Shown in pieces: positions 13,331 to 26,310 of a DNA stretch of 64,000 nucleotides (position 1 is its first letter; each line of letters begins with the position of its first letter). The position numbers were made by a program, and so were the translations under genes. The notes under the pieces are model-generated. The model had not been told where the DNA came from, did no database searches, and was given only the letters and a program-made list of their open reading frames with translations. Source of the DNA: Macrostomum lignano (Eukaryota); contig NIVC01000130.1 of assembly GCA_002269645.1 (NCBI GenBank), forward strand, positions 62,001 to 126,000, written 5' to 3'.

Positions 13331-16300
13331 ATGTCAGCGACAAAGGGTAAGGGAGACTGGACTGCATCAGTTCCAGAGACTGGACTGCATCAGTTCCAGA
13401 GACTGGACTGCATCAGTTCCAGAGACTGGACTGCATCAGTTCCAGAGACTGGACTGCATCAGTTCCAGAGACTGGACTGCATCAGTTCCAGAGACTGGAC
13501 TGCATCAGTTCCAGAGACTGGACTGCATCAGTTCCAGAGACTGGACTGCATCAGTTCCAGAGACTGGACTGCATCAGTTCCAGAGACTGGACTGCATCAG
13601 TTCCAGAGACTGGACTGCATCAGTTCCAGAGACTGGACTGCATCAGTTCCAGAGACTGGACTGCATCAGTTCCAGAGACTGGACTGCATCAGTTCCAGAG
13701 ACTGGACTGCATCAGTTCCAGAGACTGGACTGCATCAGTTCCAGAGACTGGACTGCATCAGTTCCAGAGACTGGACTGCATCAGTTCCAGAGACTGGACT
13801 GCATCAGTTCCAGAGACTGGACTGCATCAGTTCCAGAGACTGGATAGACTCAAGCGGTATATTGTAATATACATGTACTATCAAGCCTTCTTCAGGTAAA
13901 GCTGCATTCGAAAATCGTTACTTGCTGATTTCCAGCTATCCGTGTCGTCACTGTTCTGCTGTTGCTAAGCTGCGCGTTTCACCGCTGTAGCAGTCAGGAA
14001 AGTGAGTCATATCCGCCATGGGGTTGAGTAGGCAGTGCATGTACAGTTACTAGTTAGGCGTGTTTTCAGAGTTTCACTTTGAAGACTTCTCTATTGGTCT
14101 CTGGGGGTCTCTGGGAGCTAAACTTTGGTCTTTGAGGGTCAACTGGAGGTCAATCGGAAACAGGTCTTTGAGGGTAAACTTAGTGGATCAGAAAGTCCCT
14201 GGGTCAACTGGGGGGGCGGGTCAAATCGGGGTCAAGATACGTTTCGAGGTTACATTCCATTGCTTACAATGTCTCGCAGACTGCAGCAGACTGCAGAATG
14301 TGTCAGCAACTGAGGCCGGAGGGGACATTGTCAGTCACGCCAATGTCGGACTGTCCGCCTACCACAGCGGCGCTCACTGCTCCTGGTTCATTCAAGCTCC
14401 AGCTGGCAAAATCATTGTGGCCTGGTTCACCTTTCTTGACCTGGAAGAGTCGAGCGAACAAAACGACAGCGTCTCTCTGTTTGACGGGTCCCCGAAGCCT
14501 TTCAAATTGCTAAAGGTGGTCAATAAACTTCAGCATACCGGCTTCATTTGGCCGCCAAGATCTTGGCCGGAGCCTCCCATCTCTCCGAGATTCGTTTCCA
14601 GCTCGAACCTGATGACTGTGAAGTTCCGGTCGGGAAGCGGAAGCACAGACCGGAAAGGATTCAGACTACACTATGAGCTCAGCAGCTTCCGTGAGTCAGG
14701 GTGCCGCCATTCTATAGTTGTCAGGGTGGCGCCATTCTATAGTTTTCAGGGTGGCGCCATTCTATAGTTTTCAGGGTGGCGCCATTCTATAGTTGTCAGG
14801 GTAGCGCCATTCTATAGTTGTCAGGGTAGCGCCATTCTATAGTTGTCAGGGTGGCGCCATTCTATAGTTGTCAGGGTGGCGCCAATCTATAGTTTTCAGG
14901 GTGGCGCCATTCTATAGTTTTCAGGGTGGCGCCATTCTATAGTTGTCAGGGTAGCGCCATTCTATAGTTGTCAGGGTAGCGCCATTCTATAGTTGTCAGG
15001 GTAGCGCCATTCTATAGTTGTCAGGGTGGCGCCATTCTATAGTTGTCAGGGTAGCGCCAATCTATAGTTGTCAGGGTAGCGCCATTCTATAGTTTTCAGG
15101 GTGGCGCCATTCTATAGTTGTCAGGGTAGCGCCATTCTATAGTTGTCAGGGTAGCGCCATTCTATAGTTGTCAGGGTAGCGCCATTCTATAGTTGTCAGG
15201 GTGGCGCCATTCTATACTTGTCAGGGTGGCGCCATTCTATAGTTGTCAGGGTAGCGCCATTCTATAGTTGTCAGGGTGGCGCCATTCTATAGTTGTCAGG
15301 GTAGCGCCATTCTATAGTTGTCAGGGTAGCGCCATTCTATAGTTGTCAGGGTAGCGCCATTCTATAGTTGTCAGGGTGGCGCCATTCTATAGTTGTCAGG
15401 GTGGCGCCATTCTATAGTTGTCAGGGTAGCGCCATTCTATAGTTGTCAGGGTGGCGCCATTCTATAGTTGTCAGGGTAGCGCCATTCTATAGTTGTCAGG
15501 GTAGCGCCATTCTATAGTTGTCAGGGTAGCGCCATTCTATAGTTGTCAGGGTGGCGCCATTCTATAGTTGTCAGGGTAGCGCCATTCTATAGTTGTCAGG
15601 GTGGCGCCATTCTATAGTTGTCAGGGTAGCGCCATTCTATAGTTGGGTGGCGCCATTCTATAGTTGTCAAGGTGGTGCCATTCAATAGTTGTCAGGGTGG
15701 CGCCTTTTTATACTTGTCAGGGTGGCGCCATTCTATAGTTGTCAGGGTAGCGCCATTCTATAGTTGTCAGGGTGGCGCCATTCTATACTTGTCAGGGTGG
15801 CGCCATTCTATAGTTGTCAATGTTGGCGCCGTTCGATCTATAGTTGTCAGGGTGGCGCCGTTCGATCTATAGTTGTCAGGGTGGCGCCGTTCGATCTATA
15901 GTTGTCAGGGTGGCGCCATTCTATAGTTCCCAATATGGTATCGTACTCAACCGTCTCCTCAGCCAATGCCAGCGCCTGCGGCTCCATCAGCTGGAACTCT
16001 AACGATACTGAAAAGTCAGGAGAACTCGTCAGTCACAGGGAATACAACGGATTAGTGCCCTACGCTCGGAGCATGTCGTGCAGATGGGACCTGCCTGCAG
16101 ATGGTTCAACTGTAGCCATCGTGACAGTGGTGAATTTGTCTCTTTCTCAGAACGACTCTATTTACATAATGGGCGCCATACCTTCTAAATATCGAACCAA
16201 TTTGTATTATCAAGTGAAGACCTGGGCGGCTGTGAGCAATGCTGAGCTGCAGCCAAGATCCAAGATTTTGATTTTGTTTAAATCGACTGGAAGACATCGA

Positions 16301-19300
16301 TCAACCGGATTTTGGCTGAAAATTGGTTTGTAGCTGGTGATATTCCCATTACCCTCACTGTCTACACTCTCAACCTGTCACTCTACCCTCACTGTCTACA
16401 CTCTCAACCTGTCACTCTACCCTCACTGTCTGCACTCTCAACCTGTCACTCTACCCTCACTGTCTACACTCTCAATCTGTCACTCTACCCTCACTGTCTA
16501 CACTCTCAACCTGTCACTCTACCCTCACTGTCTACACTCTCAATCTGTCACTCTACCCTCACTGTCTACACTCTCAACCTGTCACTCTACCCTCACTGTC
16601 TACACTCGCAACCTGTCACTCTACCCTCACTGTCTACACTCTCAACCTGTCACTCTACCCTCACTGTCTACACTCTCAACCTGTCACTCTACCCTCACTG
16701 TCTACACTCTCAACCTGTCACTCTTCCCTCACTGTCTACACTCTCAACCTGTCACTCTACCCTCACTGTCTACACTCTCAACCTGTCACTCTACCCTCAC
16801 TGTCTACACTCTCAACCTGTCACTCTACCCTCACTGTCTGCACTCTCAATCTGTCACTCTACCCTCACTGTCTACACTCGCAACCTGTCACTCTACCCTC
16901 ACTGTATACACTCTCAACCTGTCACTCTACCCTCACTGTCTGCACTCTCAATCTGTCACTCTACCCTCACTGTCTACACTCGCAACCTGTCACTCTACCC
17001 TCACTGTCTACACTCGCAACCTGTCACTCTACCCTCACTGTCTGCACTCTCAACCTGTCACTCTACCCTCACTGTCTGCACTCTCAATCTGTCACTCTAC
17101 CCTCACTGTCTACACTCTCAACCTGTCACTCTACCCTCACTGTCTACACTCTCAATCTGTCACTCTACCCTCACTGTCTACACTCTCAATCTGTCACTCT
17201 ACCCTCACTGTCTACACTCTCAATCTGTCACTCTACCCTCACTGTCTACACTCTCAATCTGTCACTCTACCCTCACTGTCTGCACTCTCAACCTGTCACT
17301 CTACCCTCACTGTCTACACTCTCAATCTGTCACTCTACCCTCACTGTCTACACTCTCAACCTGTCACTCTACCCTCACTGTCTGCACTCTCAATCTGTCA
17401 CTCTACCCTCACTGTCTACACTCTCAACCTGTCACTCTACCCTCACTGTCTACACTCTCAACCTGTCACTCTACCCTCACTGTCTACACTCTCAACCTGT
17501 CACTCTACCCTCACTGTCTACACTCTCAATCTGTCACTCTACCCTCACTGTCTGCACTCTCAACCTGTCACTCTACCCTCACTGTCTGCACTCTCAATCT
17601 GTCACTCTACCCTCACTGTCTACACTCTCAACCTGTCACTCTACCCTCACTGTCTACACTCTCAATCTGTCACTCTACCCTCACTGTCTACACTCTCAAC
17701 CTGTCACTCTACCCTCACTGTCTGCACTCTCAACCTGTCACTCTACCCTCACTGTCTACACTCTCAATCTGTCACTCTACCCTCACTGTCTACACTCTCA
17801 ACCTGTCACTCTACCCTCACTGTCTGCACTCTCAATCTGTCACTCTACCCTCACTGTCTACACTCTCAACCTGTCACTCTACCCTCACTGTCTACACTCT
17901 CAATCTGTCACTCTACCCTCACTGTCTGCACTCTCAACCTGTCACTCTACCCTCACTGTCTACACTCTCAACCTGTCACTCTACCCTCACTGTCTACACT
18001 CTCAACCTGTCACTCTACCCTCACTGTCTACACTCTCAACCTGTCACTCTACCCTCACTGTCTACACTCTCAACCTGTCACTCTACCCTCACTGTCTACA
18101 CTCTCAACCTGTCACTCTACCCTCACTGTCTGCACTCTCAACCTGTCACTCTACCCTCACTGTCTGCACTCTCAATCTGTCACTCTACCCTCACTGTCTA
18201 CACTCTCAACCTGTCACTCTACCCTCACTGTCTGCACTCTCAACCTGTCACTCTACCCTCACTGTCTACACTCTCAACCTGTCACTCTACCCTCACTGTC
18301 TACACTCTCAATCTGTCACTCTACCCTCACTGTCTACACTCTCAACCTGTCACTCTACCCTCACTGTCTACACTCTCAATCTGTCACTCTACCCTCACTG
18401 TCTACACTCTCAACCTGTCACTCTACCCTCACTGTCTACACTCTCAACCTGTCACTCTACCCTCACTGTCTACACTCTCAACCTGTCACTCTACCCTCAC
18501 TGTCTACACTCTCAACCTGTCACTCTACCCTCACTGTCTACACTCTCAACCTGTCACTCTACCCTCACTGTCTGCACTCTCAACCTGTCACTCTACCCTC
18601 ACTGTCTACACTCTCAACCTGTCACTCTACCCTCACTGTCTAAACTCTCAACCTGTCACTCTACTCTCACTGTCTACACTCTCACCCTGTCACTCTACCC
18701 CCACTTTCACTCTAACTTTAACTCTAATGTGATCATCAAGCACACAAAACCGTTAATACAGTTTATTACAGGTCGCATATAATCTCTCACAAAGTTGGCG
18801 AATTCAACGGCTCGAACGCAACGCGGTCCATCTGGTTCATCGAGGCCGCAGCTGGGAATGGCGTCCGACTCCAGCTGACATACTGTGGACTTCGTCCAGG
18901 AGATTCCATCAAGGTTTATGACGAGCGTTATTCTAAAACGATAGCTCGAATCAATGGGACAACTTGCAAAAAGTTCTTGGAAACGTTCGAATCGCGCTCA
19001 AATTTTGTGAGAGTCATCTTCGATCGAGGCGACAGAGGCACCGACAGAACGTTCGGCATGCAGTACGACACTACTCAGGAAAGTAAGTTGCTTTATTGGA
19101 GTTGAAATTTCTGCTTTTAAAGACGTCAATTACTCGTACTTTTTGATTGGCCAAGCATACGGTGTACTCGTATAGGCCCTTGCAAGGTCACCAATGGTAT
19201 TCTAAAAGGTGTTGGGATCTATGGTCAAGGACCACTGTCCTGTACGTCCTGTGGTACAACAGGACGTAAAACTCGAAGATCGTGTAATTTTTAGAGGCCG

Positions 19301-22226
19301 ATTTCCTGGAAAAAATACACTAGCTGGGAAGATAGCAAAAAATATAGATTTTTTTCATCACAAAATCAATGATTGCATTTGATCTTGTGCATACAGGGAA
19401 GATTTTCAGTCATTTAATTTAGTGTTAATAAAAATATAAGTAAAATAAATAAATATAAGAGCTATAATATAAATTAAAAAATATTCAAAAAAACTTTTTC
19501 CTATCTCCGAAGTGTATTTTTCCTGGAAATCGGCCTCCAAAAATTACACGAACTTTGAGTTTTACGTCCTGTTGTACTACAATGTTCGTTACTCACGGTG
19601 TGAGTATGTTTTTCATACGATATGACAATTTTTCGAAAGGTATTCCTAGAAAACCATGTCTAAGATATTTCTAGGAAAGCAACGGGTCGAAACCGAGCTT
19701 GTTTCCTTGAATAGGAGGAGCTTATAAGTTTAGCCGGAAGGCCAAATTCTGCAAAGCTCAGTGCACGCGATCAAGTTGTCCTTGATGCCAGCCAGTTACC
19801 AGAAGCCTGACTGTTTAATTCACCTTTTAGTCAAATACTGTTTCGGCTATGTCATTAAGGAGGCTAGCAGTGACGTCGGAGAAATCTCTAGTCACAGAGA
19901 AGCCGGCTTAACCAATTACTTGAACCATATGCGATGTTTCTGGGAGCTGAATGCAAATATCAACGAAATTGTTGTTGCCTGGTTTTTGCACATGGATCTG
20001 CAAAACAATTCCGGCGATTTTATTCGAATCTACGATGGCTGGCATGTGAACAAGGAGCATTTGATAGTCAACATTAGTCTGGAAGGCCACGCTGGTTGGA
20101 TCTCGCCGATATTTGCCACAACTTACCCTCGAATGGTGGCATTCTTTGAAACCGATGCTGCAGTAACGCGCACCGGGTTCCGGCTGCAGTGGAAGGCCAG
20201 GAGACCGCGTGAGTGCAGTTTGGTCAAGTCAGCCTTGCATTGTGCGTAGGTAAAGGAGTTAGAACTATGAGAGATGTGAGAGATCGGGAGGAGAGAGAGG
20301 TGAGATGTGAGAGATCGGGAGGAGAGAGAGGTGAGATGTGAGAGATCGGGAGGAGAGAGAGGTGAGATGTGAGAGATCGGGAGGAGAGAGGTCAGATGTG
20401 AGAGATCGGGAGGAGAGAGGTCAGATGTGAGAGATCGGGAGGAGAGAGAGGTGAGATGTGAGAGATCGGGAGGAGAGAGAGGTGAGATGTGAGAGATCGG
20501 GAGGAGAGAGAGGTGAGATGTGAGAGATCGGGAAGAGAGAGGTGAGATGTGAGAGATCGGGAAGAGAGAGGTGAGTGATCGGGAGGAGAGAGGTGGTACG
20601 GTGAGAGAATAGCACAGAGATTGAGGAGTTAGGATTCAATGCATGATCATTAAGTGCAGTGCCCGTCAAAAAAGCATGTAGGCTTGGCACTTACAGACTT
20701 TGTGTTGATTTTCAGTGACCAGCAACAGGTGCGGATCTGTGGTGTGGTCGGACGCCTCAAACTCATCGGGCGAGCTGGCCAGTCACGAAGGATACGACGG
20801 GTTCACGCCGCATCCGGGAAATTTGAGCTGCGTGTTGTACCTGCCCGGACTAAGTTACAGCAGAGGTCTGGTTTACGTAACCCTGGTCAGCGCCTCCCTT
20901 GCTGAGGGCGACTGCTTGCACGTGACCTCATCCGGAATTGTCTCTGGGAAACCCATTCACCTGTGCGGCTGGGTAGCCGTCAAGAATTTGACCCTGGTGG
21001 GCCCGGTTAACATTGTTGTGCGCTACAGCTCTTACAGCAAGTACAAGTCTGCTGGCTTTTTGATTCGCTTCCATAGCAGGATGGACGGTGAGTCTTGGGG
21101 TTGTTAGGCACTCACTGAAGCTGTCTGGGGGTTGTCAGACGTTCACTGAAGCTGTCTGGGGGATGTCAGGCGCTCACTAAAGGTGTCTGGGGGTTTTCAG
21201 GCGTTCACTGAAGCTGTCTGGGGGATGTCAGGCGCTCACTAAAGGTGTCTGGGGGTTGTCAGACGTTCACTGAAGCTGTCTGGGGGATGTCAGGCGCTCA
21301 CTAAAGGTGTATGGGGGTTTTCAGGCGCTCACTGAAGCTGTCTGGGGTTGTCAGGCGTTCACTTAAGCTGTCTGGGGGTTGTCAGGCGTTCACTGAAGCT
21401 GTCTGGGGGTTGTCAGGCGTTCACTGAAGCTGTCTGGGGGTTGTCAGGCGCTCACTGAGTGTCGAGAGGTGTCAGGCGCCAATATCAAGCATTTCACCAA
21501 AGTACAAATGTAACTATTAGTGACATATGAATTTCATCATTAGACACAACGCCGGAAGCTACAACTCGCACACCGGAAGCTACAACTCGCACACCGGAAG
21601 CTACAACTCGCACACCGGAAGCTACAACTCGCACACCGGAAGCTACAACTCGCACACCGGAAGCTACAACTCGCACACCGGAAGCTACAACTCGCACACC
21701 GGAAGCTACAACTCGCACACCGGAAGCTACAACTCGCACGCCGGAAGCTACAACTCGCACACCGGAAGCTACAACTCGCACACCGGAAGCTACAACTCGC
21801 ACACCGGAAGCTACAACTCGCACACCGGAAGCTACAACTCGCACACCGGAAGCTACAACTCGCACACCGGAAGCTACAACTCGCACGCCGGAAGCTACAA
21901 CTCGCACACCGGAAGCTACAACTCGCACACCGGAAGCTACAACTCGCACACCGGAAGCTACAACTCGCACACCGGAAGCTACAACTCGCACACCGGAAGC
22001 TACAACTCGCACACCGGAAGCTACAACTCGCACGCCGGAAGCTACAACTCGCACACCGGAAGCCACAGCCTGCCCTTCGACTCCTCCGTTAAAACCTAAC
22101 ATTTTGCACCGGCTACTCAACTCGTGCGTGAGTAGTCTCGAGTCCTGCTCTAAAGTCTTAAGCTCGTGCTCCAGCAGACTGGAATCGTGCGTTAAATCCA
22201 CGTCATGGGACTCAAACGGGAATTAA
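13331..22226 (+). CDS. Secreted protein, 869 aa: signal peptide + 5 CUB domains + (PEATTRT)x24 + Cys-heptad C-terminus. Exons 13331-13346, 13936-14001, 14280-14690, 15963-16325, 18762-19082, 19831-20208, 20716-21087, 21544-22226
   Basis: All seven introns are GT-AG and phase 1, and the summed CDS (2610 nt) is open. The N-terminus MSATKAIRVVTVLLLLSCAFHRCSS looks like a signal peptide. Each middle exon has a CUB pattern (G.I.S, C.W.I, D.v.iyDG, v.F.s...GF...Y). Confidence 0.82.
13352..13845. repeat. 23-bp minisatellite (gactggactgcatcagttccaga), intron 1 of the CUB gene
   Basis: About 21 perfect copies beginning a few bases after the donor. Confidence 0.97.
14695..15928. repeat. 25-bp minisatellite (gtcagggtggcgccattctatagtt), CUB gene intron 3
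   Basis: About 49 copies filling almost the whole intron. Confidence 0.97.
16350..18715. repeat. 34-bp minisatellite (accctcactgtctacactctcaacctgtcactct), CUB gene intron 4
   Basis: About 69 copies. Confidence 0.97.
19260..19571. mobile_element. MITE with ~70-bp terminal inverted repeats
   Basis: caggacgtaaaactc.aag.tcgtgtaattttt.gaggccgattt is inverted at 19500-19571. Flanks tggtacaa/ttgtacta fit either a degenerate 8-bp TSD or a TA TSD. Confidence 0.75.
20265..20600. repeat. GA-rich ~29-31-bp minisatellite (gagatgtgagagatcgggaggagagagaggt)
   Basis: About 10 copies in CUB gene intron 6. Confidence 0.9.
21095..21478. repeat. ~31-bp minisatellite (aggcgttcactgaagctgtctgggggttgtc)
   Basis: About 12 copies in CUB gene intron 7. 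Confidence 0.9.
21552..22064 (+). repeat. Coding 21-bp repeat (ccggaagctacaactcgcaca) encoding PEATTRT x24
   Basis: In frame after a phase-1 acceptor at 21543/21544. The only variant (ACA>ACG) is synonymous in this frame. Confidence 0.82.
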
Positions 22227-23631
22227 GCATCAATCAACAAGGGAAATTGATCGCTATTCTCTCATCAACACTCTCGATGGCATATAAAGACAAGATTGAT
22301 CGCATATCAATAAAATCGCATACCGAAGCTCATTCGTTTTTTAATCGCCCCAAGTCGCTCAAAATGTTTATTATTTCACTAAAAACATGAAGAATTTATT
22401 TTCATTTATCGGAATTCAATATTTCACTTTGTCACTAAAATGGACACAAGAAACTGTAACACTATATGCCACAGTGACTTATTGTTGATCAGAGTTGATA
22501 CAAGTCCTTGTCATTGCTGTAATCTAGAAACCTTACATAATGCTACATAATTTCTTTTAAACTTCCAAGATTTGACAAAAGCCAGCCAGATTTCATTGCT
22601 GTTTATTTATTATGGAAACACATTATCAAATATACTTCGTTCCGAATTCGCGAATTTCTAAAACGAAAAAACGAATATTATGTCTTCATTTTAATACAAA
22701 ATACAAAGTTTTGCGCCACCTTAAACTCCACTGCAGAGTTTTTTACCTGTATAATTTAATATTCACTCAACCAAATTATTGAAACAATTGTTAAAAAGTT
22801 AAAACAAGTTTGTATTACTTCATGCTAAGAAGTTTAATTTAGAAAAAGTTATATGTTATTTAATAAATGCCTTTAAAAGCTAAATTAATAATAATTTTTA
22901 TAATAAAAATCTCTAGCATTCTTTTCTGCTCAATAGATGATTGTGAAGTATAAAATAAAGCTAAAATCACTGCTTTCAACTTTCATGAAAAAATAAGGGA
23001 TTTAGTTACGTGAAACTGCACCAAATATAAGGTTTTAAGGATTAGCTAATTATTTATAATTCGGACTTTGTCTAAAGAGCAACGTTTAATTTACGCTCGT
23101 AAGAAGTCTGGAAGCTTTAGACTTAGTGAACATTTTCTGTGATACTAACATAAATTAATTTGAATGAAATAAATGGACCAGCTTTTTATATTTCTGATTT
23201 TAGCTGACAACAACTAATTCGCCAAAAGTTATTTTATAAAGCAGCTACTGTAAATCAGATAAAAACTTTGAGAAACGGGCCTTCGGCCATATTTGCGACA
23301 TCGCATTTCAAATATCGTACGTCATAGAACTATCGCACCACTTACTAGAATAACAAATTTAAACGAAATATTTTTTTATACTTTACTAAGACTCTACAGA
23401 AAATTCCTGCTAGTAATATTCGATCAAAGTTTTAAAAAAATCTATAGGTATTTTTCAGACATAGATTTCGTCAATGTGCTATAAAGTGATGAAATTGATT
23501 GCAATTAGGCGACTGATGGGTTATAAATATTGTACGCTGTCGTCAGCAAAAAAGGCCATTAAATCAGACATTCGATTATGATTTCCTGACGATATAGCTT
23601 TAATTGCTACACAAAAATTTGAAAGCCGCAG

Positions 23632-25116
23632 ATGCCGTCGGATAAGGTTCACATTAGCATTGTGGTCATTGGCCATGTCGACTCTGGAAAGTCTACTTCC
23701 ACTGGCCATCTGATCTACAAGTGCGGTGGCATTGACAAGAGAACTATCGAGAAGTACGAGAAGGAGGCACAGGAGCTTGGCAAAGGCTCGTTCAAGTACG
23801 CATGGGTGCTCGACAAGCTGAAGGCCGAGCGTGAGCGCGGTATCACCATTGACATTGCTTTGTGGAAGTTCGAGATTGAGAAGTACTACGTCACTGTCAT
23901 CGACGCCCCTGGCCACAGGGACTTTATCAAGAACATGATCACCGGTACCTCTCAGGCCGACTGCGCCGTGCTGATCATTGCTGCTGGTGTTGGCGAGTTC
24001 GAGGCCGGTATCTCGAAGAACGGTCAGACCCGCGAGCACGCTCTGCTGGCTTACACCCTCGGTGTAAAGCAGATGATCATCGGCGTGAACAAGATGGACT
24101 CGACCGAGCCGCCGTACTCCGAGGCCCGCTACAACGAAATCAAGAAGGAAGTGTCCGCCTACATCAAGAAGGTCGGCTACAACCCGGATGCGGTCGCTTT
24201 TGTGCCCATCTCTGGCTGGCACGGAGACAACATGATCGAGGAGAGCAACAACATGTCCTGGTTCAAGGGATGGAGCATCAAGCGCAAGCTGCCCGGCAAG
24301 AAGGAGGAGACCACCACCGAGGGCAAGACCCTGATCGAAGCTCTGGACGCGATCATTCCGCCAGAGCGACCCACCGATAAGCCGCTACGTCTGCCTCTAC
24401 AGGACGTGTACAAGATCGGCGGTATCGGCACCGTTCCGGTCGGTCGCATCGAGACTGGCATCTTGAAGCCCGGCATGGTCGTGACCTTCGCGCCACAGAT
24501 TCTCTCGACTGAGGTCAAGTCCGTCGAAATGCACCACGTGCAAATGTCGGAAGCCGTTCCTGGCGACAATGTAGGCTTCAATGTGAAGAACGTGTCTGTG
24601 AAGGACATCCGTCGTGGCAACGTGTGCGGTGACTCCAAGAACGACCCGCCTAAGGAGACTGGAGACTTCGTTGCCCAGGTAAAGGCACACTGTTGCTAGG
24701 GACCTCAAGTAACCAATAAAACGTTATGTTCATTTACATAACTTGTTCCGCAGGTCATCGTGCTGAACCACCCCGGCCAGATCCAGCCCGGCTACGCTCC
24801 CGTGCTCGACTGCCACACCGCTCACATCGCCTGCAAGTTCAGCGAGTTCCTCAAGAAGATCGACAGGCGCAGCGGCAAGGAGCTCGAGGACTCTCCGAAG
24901 ATCCTGAAGAGCGGCGACGCCGCCATGATCAAACTGATCCCCTCCAAGGCCATGTGCGTGGAGCCCTTCGCCCAGTACCCGCCTCTGGGTCGCTTCGCCG
25001 TGCGCGACATGAAGCAGACCGTGGCCGTGGGCGTCATCAAGGAGGTCAACAAGAAGATCACGGAGGGCAAGGCGACCAAGGCTGCTCAGAAGGCCAGCGG
25101 TGGAAAGAAGAAATGA
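23632..25116 (+). CDS. EEF1A: Elongation factor 1-alpha, copy 2; exons 23632-24678 and 24754-25116; 469 aa
   Basis: Same motifs as copy 1. 75-bp GT-AG intron at the same codon position. AATAAA near 25257. Confidence 0.98.
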
Positions 25117-25546
25117 CTACGAGTATAGAATGCTGCGATTGACTTGCTTGAGGGAACGAAAGTCCAGTGAATCCAGTCCAGTTTTCACATGCAACCAGAC
25201 TGTGCGCCGCATGATCGTTGCGGCAATTCTCAGAACGTTGAATTTTTTTCACCTTTAATAAAAACCCTCCAGAGTGGCATTAGAGAGTGCAGACGCTCTG
25301 ACCTCTAGTTTAAAGATCTCAGGAAATATTTTCAGTCGATTTGTCTGTGTTCGGCCGCTAAGGAATCAGCGGATGGGCAGAATTGCCTCAATTTCGCCGA
25401 AGGCGTTGTGTTAGAGTGCCCTCAGCCCTCCTGAAACAATGATGCATGGCTTGTATGGCCATTATTTCACTCTATTACCTAGCTACTATGCAATGTCATT
25501 GTACGAGTACATGTATCTAACGCACAGCGATGGTTCAATGAAAAAC

Positions 25547-26243
25547 CAAGGACGACTTAAGTAGAAGGACGGGAAACCTCGTTTCTTAGAAAAGTTTTGA
25601 AGGCACTTTTTCTCGAAAAAATACACTACGGAGATAGGAAGTTTTCATTTTTTCAGCACAAAAATTGTTATTGCGTTTGATAGGAGGCAGATCCAGTGTT
25701 CATCTTTTGATATGTTGTGCCTTTTTTATTGCTCTATCGATATTTATAAAGCTTTTCGTTCAGAAAATTAGGATTCTATGTTAATTTTTTATTCTACGTA
25801 TATTTCCTGTATCTAAAAATCACAAAAATGCATGACACAGCTCTAATATTTGGTTTTATGAACCTATTTTATCATCTCTGTTACAAATATTTGCTACACA
25901 GTCGGGTAAGAATGATAAAAAAGACTCATGAAGCTAAAGAGCCGAGCCGTGGCATTCTAATGTATTTCAAGCACAAGACACGCGAAAATATACGTAGAAT
26001 AAAAAATTAACATAGAATCCTAATTTTCTGAACGAAAAGCTTTATAAATATCGATAGAGCAATAAAAAAGGCACAAAATATCAAAAGATGAACACTGGAT
26101 CTGCCTCCTATCAAACGCAATAACAATTTTTGTGCTGAAAAATGAAAACTTCCTATCTCCGTAGTGTATTTTTTCGGGAAAAAGTGCCTTCAAAACTTTT
26201 CTAAGAAACGAGGTTTCCCGTCCTTCTACTTAAGTCGTCCTTG
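25547..26243. mobile_element. 697-bp MITE with ~250-bp TIRs and a perfect 8-bp TSD (hAT- or P-like)
   Basis: caaggacgacttaag...cttaagtcgtccttg, flanked by tgaaaaac at 25539-25546 and 26244-26251. Confidence 0.9.
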
Positions 26244-26310
26244 TGAAAAACTTGATTGTAGGATTGAAATTTACACACGATAAAACTGGATGATAAATCG
26301 TGAATGTATC

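Noticed and set aside
13352-15928. Possible CRISPR arrays (23-25-bp direct repeats)
   Set aside because: No unique spacers, no cas genes, and a eukaryotic intronic context.
16312-18732. 806-aa and 768-aa ORFs
   Set aside because: They are translations of a stop-free 34-bp satellite lying between phase-compatible CUB exons.
21494-22201. (SGVRVVA)n and (TGSYNSH)n ORFs
   Set aside because: Alternative frames of the PEATTRT exon. The splice phase and the synonymous variant favour PEATTRT.
5425-25252. Antisense and alternative-frame ORFs over both EF1A genes
   Set aside because: Shadow ORFs produced by strong codon bias.
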